From Gammaproteobacteria bacterium (lineage in GTDB: Bacteria; Pseudomonadota; Gammaproteobacteria; Eutrophobiales; Eutrophobiaceae), in NCBI GenBank assembly GCA_965116495.1, contig OZ220696.1, positions 1,760,001 through 1,824,000 of the forward strand: 64,000 nucleotides of DNA, in the 5' to 3' direction. Positions 36,335-46,483 of the stretch are shown here, piece by piece. The notes beneath the pieces were generated by a model. It was not told where the DNA came from. It ran no database searches and saw nothing but the letters and a program-made list of their open reading frames with translations. The position numbers were made by a program, and so were the translations under genes. Positions within the stretch are counted from its first letter, which is position 1; every line of letters starts with the position of its first letter.

Positions 36335-37864
36335 TCAGTTGCCATATTTTTCCAGGTATTCTTTTTTTATGCTTTGTTTCTTTATCTTGCCGGAATCCTC
36401 ACGCGGAAGCCGGTCAACGAATTCACAGGCTCTCGGGAGCTTGAAGTTCGCCAGCCTGGTCCTAAGGTAAGCAGAGACATCGGCGCCGGTTGACGGTCCT
36501 TTTTTCTCAATGACTGCAACAAGCTTTTCACCGTACTCCGGGTCCGGGATACCGAATACGACACAATCGGTGACGCCGTCCATGGCGAGCAGCTCCGCCT
36601 CGATTTCTGCCGGGTAGATATTGACGCCTCCGGATATCACCATATCCGATTGACGGGAGGAAACAAACAGATAACCTGCCTCATCCAGGTAGCCGATATC
36701 CCCGGTGACCAGGAAACCGTTTTGATGCAGGTCCTCAACCTGCTCCTCTGCGTTAAGATAGGCAATACAGTGAGTGCCCTCATGTCTGACGCAAATTAAT
36801 CCTTCCCCAAAGGGGACACGCCGGTTTCCGTTCTCAGCGCGAATTTCAATCTCGACCCCGGGCGCCGGACGCCCGACAGTTCCTGCGCATTCCAGCCATT
36901 CAGCAGAGCTGCAGCAGGTAATTATGCCTGTTTCCGTCATGGCGTAGTATTCATAAATCACGTTCCCCCACCAATCGATCATGTTTCTTTTCACATCCAC
37001 AGGGCATGGCGCTGCACCGTGGGTGACGTGGATCAGGGAATCCAGCCGGTACCTGCTGCGGATATCATCCGGCAAATCCAGTAATCGGACAAACATGGTG
37101 GGCACCAGGTGCAGGTGGGTTATTTCATAACGCTCTATCAAGGCCAGCAGGCCTTCCGCGCTGAAGCGCGCCGTCAGGACCAGCAGTCCACCGGACTGCA
37201 GGACCATATTACCGTACCCGTTTGGCGCGGAGTGGTACAGGGGGCCTGTCATCACCGAACGGATCGGGGTTCGATCGAACCCCCAGGCAAACCTTGTTCT
37301 TGCGCTGACTTGTGCGCCGATCTCAGGGGTTACGTTTTTGCGCAGTACGGCTTTGGGCCTGCCACTGCTGCCCGATGTATAAAACATGGGCGTCCTGAAT
37401 TTTTTTTCAGGGTCTGCAAGCCCGGGGCTCTTTTCTATCCAGTCCGCCCAATCCAGGAAACCCGGCTCCCCATGATCCCCATCTCCCGTGCCACCGTAAC
37501 TGTCCAGGATCCCAGCTGGCGTGGTTACCACAATCACCGGAACACGTCGTATTACTCCTGCCAATTCTCCGGTCAGCAGGTCGGAATGAATGATGATGAC
37601 CTTTGCCTTGCAGTCGGTCAGGATGAAATTAATCTCGGCCGGCTTTAAATGCCAGTTCACCGGAACTGCATCAAACCCAAGATAGTGCGCTGCCTCATGG
37701 ACAATAAAATAAGGGATGTCATTGCGCAGGATAATAGCCACGCTGTCGTTCTCCCGAACCCCCAGGTGTCGCAGGCCGCCGGCAGCGCGCCTGGCTGCTG
37801 CATCAATGCCGCTGAACGAGCAGGACTGCCCGTCAAATGCAAGGATACCCCGTTGTGCTTCCAC
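36335..37864 (-). CDS. Acyl-CoA synthetase (AMP-binding)
   Basis: YTSGSSGRPK, YYAMTE, TGDIG, SGGVNIYP, SGKIKK. Start uncertain; GTG 37864 chosen to avoid overlap. Confidence 0.88.
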   Translation of the reverse strand: MEAQRGILAFDGQSCSFSGIDAAARRAAGGLRHLGVRENDSVAIILRNDIPYFIVHEAAHYLGFDAVPVNWHLKPAEINFILTDCKAKVIIIHSDLLTGELAGVIRRVPVIVVTTPAGILDSYGGTGDGDHGEPGFLDWADWIEKSPGLADPEKKFRTPMFYTSGSSGRPKAVLRKNVTPEIGAQVSARTRFAWGFDRTPIRSVMTGPLYHSAPNGYGNMVLQSGGLLVLTARFSAEGLLALIERYEITHLHLVPTMFVRLLDLPDDIRSRYRLDSLIHVTHGAAPCPVDVKRNMIDWWGNVIYEYYAMTETGIITCCSSAEWLECAGTVGRPAPGVEIEIRAENGNRRVPFGEGLICVRHEGTHCIAYLNAEEQVEDLHQNGFLVTGDIGYLDEAGYLFVSSRQSDMVISGGVNIYPAEIEAELLAMDGVTDCVVFGIPDPEYGEKLVAVIEKKGPSTGADVSAYLRTRLANFKLPRACEFVDRLPREDSGKIKKQSIKKEYLEKYGN

Positions 37865-37881
37865 TTCAGCGGGAATGCACG

Positions 37882-38916
37882 TCAGGGGCGTGTTGGAAGA
37901 AGGCCCCGGGCCAACCCATCGCTGCCGCGTTTGACCAGTCCAGCAAAACCATCGATGTCGATATTCGAACCACAAACGATCGCGGCGACCCGCTTACCCC
38001 TGAGCCGCTCTGCGAGCGGCCCGAAGGCGGCAGCCGTGGTCGCTGCACCGGCAGGTTCAACCGCCAGTTTTCCATGTTCAAACAATATGGCTGCTGCGGC
38101 TGCAAGTTCATCGTCCGATACCAGCACAAGGTCGTCCAGTGAGCGCTCACACATTGAAAAGCAGTAATCGGTGGTAAACGGGGGAGCCAGGCTGTCGGCT
38201 ATCGTAGACAGTTCAGTCAAGCTCTGCGCCGAACCTGCCGCCAGGCTTTTCTGCATCACCGCGGCGCCTTCGGGTTCCACCCCGTACACCTTGCATTTTG
38301 AACTCAACAGCTTGGTAACCACTCCGACACCGGAACATAATCCGCCGGCTCCTATGGGCACGACTACCGCGTCCAGTCCCTCCACCGCGTTGTGCAGTTC
38401 CAGCCCGCAGGTGCCGGTCCCTTCCGTCACCCTGAAACCTTCAAACGGGTGAATAAAGGTCCGTCCCTCCTGTTCCACTATTTCCTCAACCATCCTGAAG
38501 CCGATGGGCCCGTTTTCCGCGATCAGGATTTCAGCCCCGAGATTGCGGGCAATCTCAATCCGGGCCGGGTTGGCGCTGGCCTGCATCACCACTTTTGCGC
38601 TGGTGTTGACGCAGCGGGCCGCATAGGCAGCGGCAATGGCGTGGTTACCGGAACTCATTGCGGTGATACCCCGGGTCAACTGGTCAGCGGACAGGTCCAG
38701 CGCATTATTGACCGCGCCGCGCACCTTGAATGTTCCGGTTCGCTGGAACAACTCCAGTTTTAAAAACAATTCCGTGTCTGCTCCCAGCCTGGAGGCGACC
38801 GTATCTCCGGACCAGTGAAAGGCCGGCGTCATCCGTATATAAGGCGCCAGTCTCGCTGCAGTTAAGCGGACTTCCTCCAGGGTCGGCGCCTTGTGTTTGT
38901 TCGATTCGGCGTTCAA
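37882..38916 (-). CDS. PLP fold-type II serine/threonine dehydratase or serine racemase family
   Basis: KLELFQRTGTFKVRGA, SSGNHA, PIGAGGL, EPAGA. Confidence 0.9.
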   Translation of the reverse strand: MNAESNKHKAPTLEEVRLTAARLAPYIRMTPAFHWSGDTVASRLGADTELFLKLELFQRTGTFKVRGAVNNALDLSADQLTRGITAMSSGNHAIAAAYAARCVNTSAKVVMQASANPARIEIARNLGAEILIAENGPIGFRMVEEIVEQEGRTFIHPFEGFRVTEGTGTCGLELHNAVEGLDAVVVPIGAGGLCSGVGVVTKLLSSKCKVYGVEPEGAAVMQKSLAAGSAQSLTELSTIADSLAPPFTTDYCFSMCERSLDDLVLVSDDELAAAAAILFEHGKLAVEPAGAATTAAAFGPLAERLRGKRVAAIVCGSNIDIDGFAGLVKRGSDGLARGLLPTRP

Positions 38917-39030
38917 TGATTTTTACCAGTCAGTTATCTGATTGCTTCCTGAAGTCAGGGAATATACGGCAAAACCTGCAACCGGGTTTATTCAGGACAA
39001 CGATTATGCTATTGCAAACAGGCAGGTTTG

Positions 39031-40077
39031 CTACATAACGGTCGGGATACGTTCCGCCCTTACCTGCCTGGGCGTGACGCCAAAATGCTTTCTGAATGCC
39101 GTGGTAAAATTGCTCGAATACTCATATCCCACATTCATGGCGATTTGAGTGATCGTCAGTTCCGTATTGGCCAGTAATTCACAGGCTTTTTCCATGCGGG
39201 CGCGGTGCTGGTAATTATGTACGGTCGTGCCTACAGCCTGCCTGAACACCCGCATCAACTGGGTCTCGTTCCATGACAGGGATTTGGCCAGGTCGTTGAT
39301 GGTATGCGTTGTGGACAGGTCATTTTCGAGAATCTCACATATCTCCGCGACACGCCTGATGTCTTTTTGCCTGAGCGGGATTTTGTCCGACCCCGGGCTA
39401 GACCACATCTTTGATAACTGGTCCAGGGTGTAGCAAAGCAACTCCAGCGTTTTCGCTTCAATCTGCAACTGTCTCAGGTGTCCCGTATAATTCGTTTCAA
39501 ACAGGGACTTTACCGCAGAGACCATCTCCGGACGCATGCCTACCGCACAGTAATACATGTCCTTCTGCTCACCGTACAGGAACTGCCCTATAGGCGTGGA
39601 CATCAACAGTGACGTGCCGGAAATAATTTCCTCCAGAAAAGGCAGGTCACACAGCAGTGTCACCGACTGCTCATGCTGGTGTGCAGGAAAACACTCGATC
39701 TTTTTCATGCCGGAAGGCTGTATAAGAACACCGAAAGTCATAGGGTCCACCGGCTCGAGTTCACCGCCCTCGGTCCCTATCTCGCTGCTGCCGCTGTAAC
39801 GGAAATGGAACTTGACCACGTCGCCGCTCTCGCTGAGATCACTGTGGGCGTAGTCGTGTTCCACGTCGCCTATCAGGACGGCCAGACCCTTCCTGACCAT
39901 ACAGATGTCCTTGATGCCGTGGGTCTCCGGCGCCGGCGTTGCCACTCTTAATCCAAACTGGCGGTCATAGGGTTGTTGATCCAGGGGTGCGTATTGGGGT
40001 GGTATGTTCGTGAACAAGGCAGGAGCGGCATGTCCCCGTTTTATTCGTTCGGCCTTTTCCTGTTTGTTTTCAGACAT
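39031..40077 (-). CDS. AraC-family transcriptional regulator
   Basis: RMEKACELL...ITQIAMNVGYEYSSNFTTAFRKHFGVTP. Confidence 0.9.
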   Translation of the reverse strand: MSENKQEKAERIKRGHAAPALFTNIPPQYAPLDQQPYDRQFGLRVATPAPETHGIKDICMVRKGLAVLIGDVEHDYAHSDLSESGDVVKFHFRYSGSSEIGTEGGELEPVDPMTFGVLIQPSGMKKIECFPAHQHEQSVTLLCDLPFLEEIISGTSLLMSTPIGQFLYGEQKDMYYCAVGMRPEMVSAVKSLFETNYTGHLRQLQIEAKTLELLCYTLDQLSKMWSSPGSDKIPLRQKDIRRVAEICEILENDLSTTHTINDLAKSLSWNETQLMRVFRQAVGTTVHNYQHRARMEKACELLANTELTITQIAMNVGYEYSSNFTTAFRKHFGVTPRQVRAERIPTVM

Positions 40078-40212
40078 GGTCAGACCCCCTGTAGCTATTG
40101 CTTTGTACCGTCACGGATTAAACCCGGGCCGTTGTACGTAATTTTTCACACTGATACCGGACTTTATTACATAATGACACCTGTTTACAAACCCGATTAT
40201 GAGAGATTAACC

Positions 40213-41694
40213 ATGTCAACCGGATTACGAAGAAGAGACGTCTTACGCCAACTCGGCGCTCTCGGGATAACAGGCGCCATCGGCCAACTGTATTCAGGTT
40301 CATTGTCCGGCCGGCCGGGTGAAGCTGCAACCGGGCTGGCCGGACTGGTGGCGGGCGAAGTCGTGAACCGGGATGATGGGCAATACGAGGCCTGGCGCAA
40401 CAGCATGGTCTGGCACCTGAGGAAACCCGCGCGTTACCCCGATGCGATTGTCAGGGTACAGTCCGAGCAGGATGTGATCAGCGCGGTGAAATTTGCCACC
40501 GACAACGGGCTCAAGGTGTCGGCCAGGAGCAGCGGCCATAATTCCACCGGGGCCGCGTTGCGGGACGGCGGACTATTGATTGACCTCGCGTTGTTGCGGG
40601 ACGTCGAAATAGATGCCGGCCGAAAAACTGCACGAATACAACCGGCGCTCTGGTCCGAGCAACTTGTCCGGGAGGCAGGCAAACACGGCCTCTCTTTCCC
40701 TGCCGCACACTGCCCTACGCTAGCCCTGGGAGGGTACCTGCTCGGTGGTGGTGTCGGCTGGAACCATGCCCACTGGGGAGGCGTTGCCTGCCATTCGATT
40801 AAAAGCGCCGATATAATCCTGGCCGGCGGCAGGAAGGTGACCGCCAGTCAGGATACTTATCCCGACCTGTTCTGGGCCGTGCGCGGCGCCGGTCCGGGGT
40901 TTTTCGGTGCCGTTACGCAGTTGGAGTTACAGTTGTATCCGTTGCCGCAGTCCATATACACCAGTATGTATATTTCCCCGCTCGATAACCTGCCCGCTGT
41001 CGTTAATTCACTGGATGAACTCAACAGGATCAAGGATGAGCGTGTCGAAATTCTGGTGCTGCTGATGCAGAACCCGCAAGCGCCTGAGACTACGCCGGCG
41101 CAACAGGCCAAGGTATGCCTGGTTGGGGTAAATGCCTTTGCCGATTCGGAGGATGAAGCAAAGTTAATGCTGGCGCCGTTTGCAGACAGTGAACTTGCCG
41201 CCGCCAGCGGCTTCAGGCTGGAGGACCAACCGGGTTCGTTTGCACAGCTGTATAACCCGGAAAACGTCGATTCCGGGATCGGCCGGTACATGGTCGACAA
41301 CGTCTGGACCGACGACCCGGGACAGGCCCTGCTGTCCGTGGCGGAACATTTCAGGAAGACTCCGTCAACCCGCACCCACGTGCTGTGCTCCTACGGAGTT
41401 AAGGCGGAACTGCGTGATGATGCCTGCTTCTCACGTATCGGCAACCACTACGTGGCCAACTACCTGCTCTGGAATGACGCAGAGCATGACGAGGCCAACC
41501 ACGCCTGGCTGAGACAGGCAAACGACCTGTTGCAACCTTACAGCAAGGGCACTTACGTCAATGAAATTGAGGCAACCCTGTTCCCCGAGAGAATTAAATC
41601 CTCCTTTTCCGAAGAGAGCTGGGAGCGTCTTGCCGAACTGCGTAATAAATACGATCCGGATAACGTCTTTCATACCTGGCTCGGGTACTCATAA
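40213..41694 (+). CDS. Tat-exported FAD-linked oxidase (berberine bridge enzyme/VAO family)
   Basis: Twin-arginine LRRRDVL; RSSGHN; HCPTLALGGYLLGGG; LFWAVRGAG; KYDPDNVF. Confidence 0.88.
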   Translation: MSTGLRRRDVLRQLGALGITGAIGQLYSGSLSGRPGEAATGLAGLVAGEVVNRDDGQYEAWRNSMVWHLRKPARYPDAIVRVQSEQDVISAVKFATDNGLKVSARSSGHNSTGAALRDGGLLIDLALLRDVEIDAGRKTARIQPALWSEQLVREAGKHGLSFPAAHCPTLALGGYLLGGGVGWNHAHWGGVACHSIKSADIILAGGRKVTASQDTYPDLFWAVRGAGPGFFGAVTQLELQLYPLPQSIYTSMYISPLDNLPAVVNSLDELNRIKDERVEILVLLMQNPQAPETTPAQQAKVCLVGVNAFADSEDEAKLMLAPFADSELAAASGFRLEDQPGSFAQLYNPENVDSGIGRYMVDNVWTDDPGQALLSVAEHFRKTPSTRTHVLCSYGVKAELRDDACFSRIGNHYVANYLLWNDAEHDEANHAWLRQANDLLQPYSKGTYVNEIEATLFPERIKSSFSEESWERLAELRNKYDPDNVFHTWLGYS

Positions 41695-41740
41695 CGTCAA
41701 ATGTTCCAAATATAAAATAACAAGGCAGGAGGTTACAAAC

Positions 41741-42217
41741 GTGCATACAGACAAACAATATACCGATCAACTGGCTATCGAGATCATCGAGTTGCACCGT
41801 TTTTTTGAAGACTGGTTCGGTGGCTACTGCGAGGACAGCGAGCAGGTATTTACGAAACGCCTGCTGGACCGGATGCACGAGAATTTCAGCATTATCCTGC
41901 CTGGCGGCATGATTCTTAACGGTGCCGATTTCTGGCCGGAGTTCAGGAAACTGTACGGCAGCAACCCGGATTTCCACATCAGCATCCGCGCAGTCCGGCA
42001 GACGCCGTTGCCCGCTGATTCGGTGCACCTCGTCACCTACGAGGAATGGCAGAGGAACGCCCTGCAATCCAAACCACAGGACAACGGGCGGCTGTCTTCA
42101 GCCGTTTTTGTCGACGATGAGGATGCGCCTAACGGTATAAAGTGGTTCCGTGTACATGAGACATGGCTACCCGATGCCGTCATTACGGCTGAGGCGTACG
42201 ACTGGGAACACAGTTAA
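41741..42217 (+). CDS. NTF2-like conserved protein
   Basis: EIIELHRFFEDWF...VTYEEWQ...RLSSAVF...WFRVHETW; GTG start with AGGAGG RBS. Confidence 0.75.
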   Translation: MHTDKQYTDQLAIEIIELHRFFEDWFGGYCEDSEQVFTKRLLDRMHENFSIILPGGMILNGADFWPEFRKLYGSNPDFHISIRAVRQTPLPADSVHLVTYEEWQRNALQSKPQDNGRLSSAVFVDDEDAPNGIKWFRVHETWLPDAVITAEAYDWEHS

Positions 42218-42234
42218 AGAAAAGGAGACATGAA

Positions 42235-42269
42235 GAACAGGGGACAGATTTAAAATCTCTCCCCTGTTC
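42235..42269. repeat. GGGGAC-ended palindrome
   Basis: GAACAGGGGACAGATTT-AAAATCTCTCCCCTGTTC between convergent genes. Confidence 0.75.
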
Positions 42270-42272
42270 CTC

Positions 42273-43289
42273 TCAGCCAAGCAACGTATCGGTCAACCTG
42301 TCCTCAAACGCCTGAATGTCTCGCCACTTCGTGGCGCAATGGACGTTGCGGCCGTTCCGGCTGTCCACCACGGTGTAGCCGTCATCAGTGACGCGCAGGG
42401 GCAGGTCTACCATCACCAGGAATTCCTGTGACCAGGCTGCATGGACGGCAACGGTATCGAACAGGGTCGTGCTGATCAGGCCCAGGTCCGTTCCCGGTTT
42501 TATGAAAGGCGCCAGGGGCAACCAGAGCCGGTAGTTCTCGACCAGGGCCTTGAGCCAGGGGTCTTCGCTACGATAGATCCTCTGGTAATTCTCACCGGAC
42601 ACCGTAACGATGCCGCAGGTATCCAGCGGCGTGATGGTGCAATCCCAGGGGGCGGCAAATACCTGTTGCAATGCCGCGGGGTTTGACTTGACGTTCCATT
42701 CCGCCGCCGGTGTGGGCGCCCCGTCGTAACCCTTGTAGATGGAACCGTGCATGCCCACGAAACGCGCATTGTACGCAATGGACGGCTCCCGCCTGAGAGC
42801 CTCGGCGATATTCGGAACGGGACCGATACAGAGCAATGTAACCGGTTCCGGGGATTGTCTTGTGGTATCGATCAGGGCCTGGACTCCATCACGGTACACC
42901 TTGCCCGGATAGTCTTCCAGCCGGTAGTCCCCTATCCATTCACTTTGCAGGCCCGCATTATCGTCCGCGTCAAGTCCCACTCCGACAGGTATATGAGTAT
43001 GACCGGTCAGTTCCAGCAGCTTTGCGAACAAACGGCAACGGTAGATGGCATTGCCGAAATCGCTTAGCACGAGTTTCACGTCGAACTGCGGTGAGCGCAA
43101 CAGCATCAGCAACGCCCAGGTATCGTCTATATCGTCGCCGATGTCGGAATCGAGTATGACGGGTATCCTGCGTCCGTGTGCGTCGGGCAAGAACTGATTG
43201 CCGGCAGCTCGGGCCAGATACGGAGGAAGCGCCCCGCCGGCAAGAAGCGCCAGTGACGTATTGAGAAATGAGCGTCTGGTTACAGTCAT
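42273..43289 (-). CDS. Tat-exported nucleoside hydrolase (IUNH family)
   Basis: TRRSFL signal; DSDIGDDIDD, IGPVPN, AEWNV, PLD, LFD motifs. Confidence 0.88.
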   Translation of the reverse strand: MTVTRRSFLNTSLALLAGGALPPYLARAAGNQFLPDAHGRRIPVILDSDIGDDIDDTWALLMLLRSPQFDVKLVLSDFGNAIYRCRLFAKLLELTGHTHIPVGVGLDADDNAGLQSEWIGDYRLEDYPGKVYRDGVQALIDTTRQSPEPVTLLCIGPVPNIAEALRREPSIAYNARFVGMHGSIYKGYDGAPTPAAEWNVKSNPAALQQVFAAPWDCTITPLDTCGIVTVSGENYQRIYRSEDPWLKALVENYRLWLPLAPFIKPGTDLGLISTTLFDTVAVHAAWSQEFLVMVDLPLRVTDDGYTVVDSRNGRNVHCATKWRDIQAFEDRLTDTLLG

Positions 43290-43303
43290 GTGAACGAAAA
43301 AAA

Positions 43304-43328
43304 GGGGACAGATTCAAAATCTGTCCCC
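43304..43328. repeat. GGGGAC-ended palindrome
   Basis: GGGGACAGATT-CAA-AATCTGTCCCC. Confidence 0.8.
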
Positions 43329-43356
43329 AATCATACTCGTCTGAATGTGGAAAGGG

Positions 43357-45669
43357 TCAGAAGCTGTACCTGGCCTCGCCGCCCCAGATTCTCGGCTGGT
43401 TGACGTAGCCGAGGTTGTTGGCGAAATCGATACCGCCGATGGGATTATGCTCATTGGTAAGATTTCGGGCAAACAGGCCGATCTCGAAATTTCTGACCGT
43501 ATCGCGATAACCGAGCCTCAACCCGCCTTCAAACTGCGTCCCGAAGGTAAACTCAATGCTCTCATAGAGGAAGTCACTGGTCTTGCCTTTCAGCTTCCAG
43601 TCGGTGTACAGGTACAGTTCAGTGCCGTTTGCCAGGGGATGGGTATAGTCCAGCTCCAGGTTCGCGGTCCACTTCGGCGCATGCTGGAACGGGTTACCGT
43701 CAATCAACACATACGGTTTTCCCCTGGGGTCTAAAACGACGTTACCATCTTCATCCACTTGAGGTGGGTCCAGTGCAGTACAAATATTGCACACCGCTAT
43801 CGCCAGTTCATTATCATTGATCTCCGTCTTGTTGTAGCCGAAACCGGCAGACAGGACAAGGTTTTCAGTCATTACAAGATCAAGGTCAAACTCAACACCA
43901 TAACCTACGCCTTCATCAGCATTTGTCAGAGATGTTCTGTTAGCAACGCCGCCGACAAAGACCAACTGTATATCATCGATATCATAATAGAAGGCCGCCA
44001 CGTTCAACCGAACCTTCTCGAACAACGCTTTGTAGCCGATTTCGTAAGACATAATAGTCTCAGAGTCGGTGACCGTAATTTCAGTATCTTCCTCAAGGCG
44101 ATCCGCTAAAGTAGGCGCCCGAAAACCGGAAGCTGCACGAGCGTAAACCTGCGCATCATCGCCGATAGCATAAGCCAGCGACACGTCCCAACTCACTTTA
44201 TCATCACTCAGGTCGATCGGATCAAGCGGCCCGATGGGAATTGGAGGTCCTCCGCTGACTTTGACATGTTGACCATCTTTTTCATCGTCTGTGTAGCGCA
44301 CCCCTGCGGTCAGCGTCAACTGCTCGGTTACGTCGTAGGAGCCCTGGCCGAACACCGCCCAGGTTGTGTTTTCAATAAGTGAAGTAGACCCCACTATGAA
44401 CTCCGTAGCAGCGACACTTTGATTCTGCGAGATGCTGTTGATTTCATCTTCAAAGTAAAAAGCCCCGAACTGGTAGTTGAACGGACCGCCCAGGTTACTC
44501 GCGATGCGTATTTCTTGGGTAATCTGCTCTACGGTCTGATCGCCGCCGGTATCGACGTCAACAACAAAAGGTGAAGCAGCGGGGTTAAAAGGCGTGCTGG
44601 GCGGACCGAACGGACCATGCGGCCCCGGTGCCACATCTCCACAAGCAAATCCCAACAGGCAGCCATACCCACCGTCGATGTCACCGCGGGCAAACCGATC
44701 ATAAATATCCTGGTAAGACGTGATCGAGGTAAGCGTATGGTTGCCCACATCCCAGTCCAGTTTCAGGGTCACGCCGAAACTTTTTATTTTTGCCGGGTTG
44801 TTGTTACCGCCGTCGAACCACACGGTATCACGTTTGTAGTTGTCATTCAGCTTGTTACTGCCCTGGTCAAAAATATTGGCGCGGAACAGTGAAGCGGAAT
44901 TACCGCCCTGGTCCTGATGCTGGTACAGGAGCAAGGCGCTGAAATCATCCGAAGGAGTCCACAGCAACTGGGCGCGCCCAGCAAAAATATCAAACCCGCC
45001 CATGGCGTCGTCTTCGCCGGTGTAGGCGTTATTGACCCAGTTCGAGCGATGCTGGGTCAGGAACGAGAGGCGGCCCATCAAGGTGCCCTCTACCAGTGTT
45101 CCGCCGATGGCGCCTTCCACGTTGACCGTGCCCTTGTTACCGCCGGACGCCTTGATATAGCCTTCCGTCTCCTCGGTGGGACGGCGCGAATCGAACTTGA
45201 TGATGCCTGCCGTAGTGTTGCGTCCGAACAGGGTGCCCTGGGGGCCGCGAATAACCTCTATGTCATCGAGGTCGAAGATGGGAAATGATTTGAGAGAGGC
45301 CTTCTCCATTGGCACTTCGTCAAACACGATGGATACCGGTTGCGAAGCGGCCGCGGTAAAGTCGGCATTGCCCAGACCCCGCATGTAGAAGCGCGGCGAC
45401 AGCCGGCCGTTGGAACTCTCCACGTGCAGGCCCGGCACCGTGCTGGCCAGGGCCAGGATATCCTCTCCGCCGGTGAACTTGGACTCTAGCCTCTGCCCGG
45501 ACAGCCTGGAGATTGAGATGGGAACATCCTGAATATTTTGCTCACGTTTTTGTGCGGTCACCACGATCTCTTCGAGTATCGCCTGCGCGCTTGCCGGTGT
45601 TCCGGCAACTGACAACAGCGTGAAGAGAGCCAGACAGGAAAATGGCTTGCAGGTTTTTATATCGATCAT
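43357..45669 (-). CDS. TonB-dependent receptor (TBDR3)
   Basis: EEIVVTAQKREQ, IEVIRGPQGTLFGRN, C-terminal F. Confidence 0.93.
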   Translation of the reverse strand: MIDIKTCKPFSCLALFTLLSVAGTPASAQAILEEIVVTAQKREQNIQDVPISISRLSGQRLESKFTGGEDILALASTVPGLHVESSNGRLSPRFYMRGLGNADFTAAASQPVSIVFDEVPMEKASLKSFPIFDLDDIEVIRGPQGTLFGRNTTAGIIKFDSRRPTEETEGYIKASGGNKGTVNVEGAIGGTLVEGTLMGRLSFLTQHRSNWVNNAYTGEDDAMGGFDIFAGRAQLLWTPSDDFSALLLYQHQDQGGNSASLFRANIFDQGSNKLNDNYKRDTVWFDGGNNNPAKIKSFGVTLKLDWDVGNHTLTSITSYQDIYDRFARGDIDGGYGCLLGFACGDVAPGPHGPFGPPSTPFNPAASPFVVDVDTGGDQTVEQITQEIRIASNLGGPFNYQFGAFYFEDEINSISQNQSVAATEFIVGSTSLIENTTWAVFGQGSYDVTEQLTLTAGVRYTDDEKDGQHVKVSGGPPIPIGPLDPIDLSDDKVSWDVSLAYAIGDDAQVYARAASGFRAPTLADRLEEDTEITVTDSETIMSYEIGYKALFEKVRLNVAAFYYDIDDIQLVFVGGVANRTSLTNADEGVGYGVEFDLDLVMTENLVLSAGFGYNKTEINDNELAIAVCNICTALDPPQVDEDGNVVLDPRGKPYVLIDGNPFQHAPKWTANLELDYTHPLANGTELYLYTDWKLKGKTSDFLYESIEFTFGTQFEGGLRLGYRDTVRNFEIGLFARNLTNEHNPIGGIDFANNLGYVNQPRIWGGEARYSF

Positions 45670-45905
45670 TAATTGTCTCCCGGCAATATTCTTACCACGG
45701 CGTAATGTGATTTTGTATTACGCTACTTTAATATCCGCGTTAATGGGGAATTAACGCGCAAATGAATAACGTTCTGGGTGTATATCATATATGTTGGTTG
45801 GTGTAACGCGAATTATTGTAAAAATTCTGTTTTTACACGAAGGATTTCTGGTTTCCGGCTTGCGCCGGTACGACGGACGGGTAGCGGAACGGCGGGGTGG
45901 ATTGC

Positions 45906-46457
45906 TTACGCCCGGACCTGGCGCCCTGTCAGGGCATCACGGATTTTACTGGGTCTGGGGTCGCGGCCAACGTTGCCCTGGACATAGCAGTCTACGTCAC
46001 GGCCGAAATAGGCTCGCACGCGTCGCTGTGTTCCGGCGGGCCGGCAGCCGGACGGATTCGCGCTGGTGGAGACGAGCACGCCGGCTTCATCGCACAAGCG
46101 CCGCACAACGGGGTGTGCGGATACGCGCACGGCCAGGGTTTCATGGCGGCCCGTCAGCCAGCTCGGCGTACCGGGTAGTGCGGGTATCAACCAGGTGACC
46201 GGACCCGGCCATGAACGGGTAATCTCATCCAGCCGCGCTACCCGGGAAAAATCCACCAACGCGGACAACTGCCGGATACTCGAGGCTACGACGATCAAAC
46301 CCTTGTCGGCGTGCCGCCGTTTCAAACGCAGTACTTTCGCCACCGCTGCTTCATTCCAGGGGTTGCAGCCCAGGCCCATCACCGCCTCCGTGGGGTAGGC
46401 AATGACACCGCCGTTGTCCAGCACCTGGCGCGCGTATTTGACGTGCCAGCTTTTCAA
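45906..46457 (-). CDS. tsaC: Threonylcarbamoyl-AMP synthase
   Basis: GGVIAYPTEAVMGLGC, LKRR...KGLI, WPGPVT, STSAN. Confidence 0.92.
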   Translation of the reverse strand: MKSWHVKYARQVLDNGGVIAYPTEAVMGLGCNPWNEAAVAKVLRLKRRHADKGLIVVASSIRQLSALVDFSRVARLDEITRSWPGPVTWLIPALPGTPSWLTGRHETLAVRVSAHPVVRRLCDEAGVLVSTSANPSGCRPAGTQRRVRAYFGRDVDCYVQGNVGRDPRPSKIRDALTGRQVRA

Positions 46458-46483
46458 TGCGTATTACTCAACTGATAGCTTCT

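Noticed and set aside
14587-45669. Secondary-metabolite biosynthetic cluster
   Set aside because: No PKS, NRPS, carrier protein, terpene synthase or RiPP precursor is recognisable. Importers and Tat enzymes fit catabolism better.
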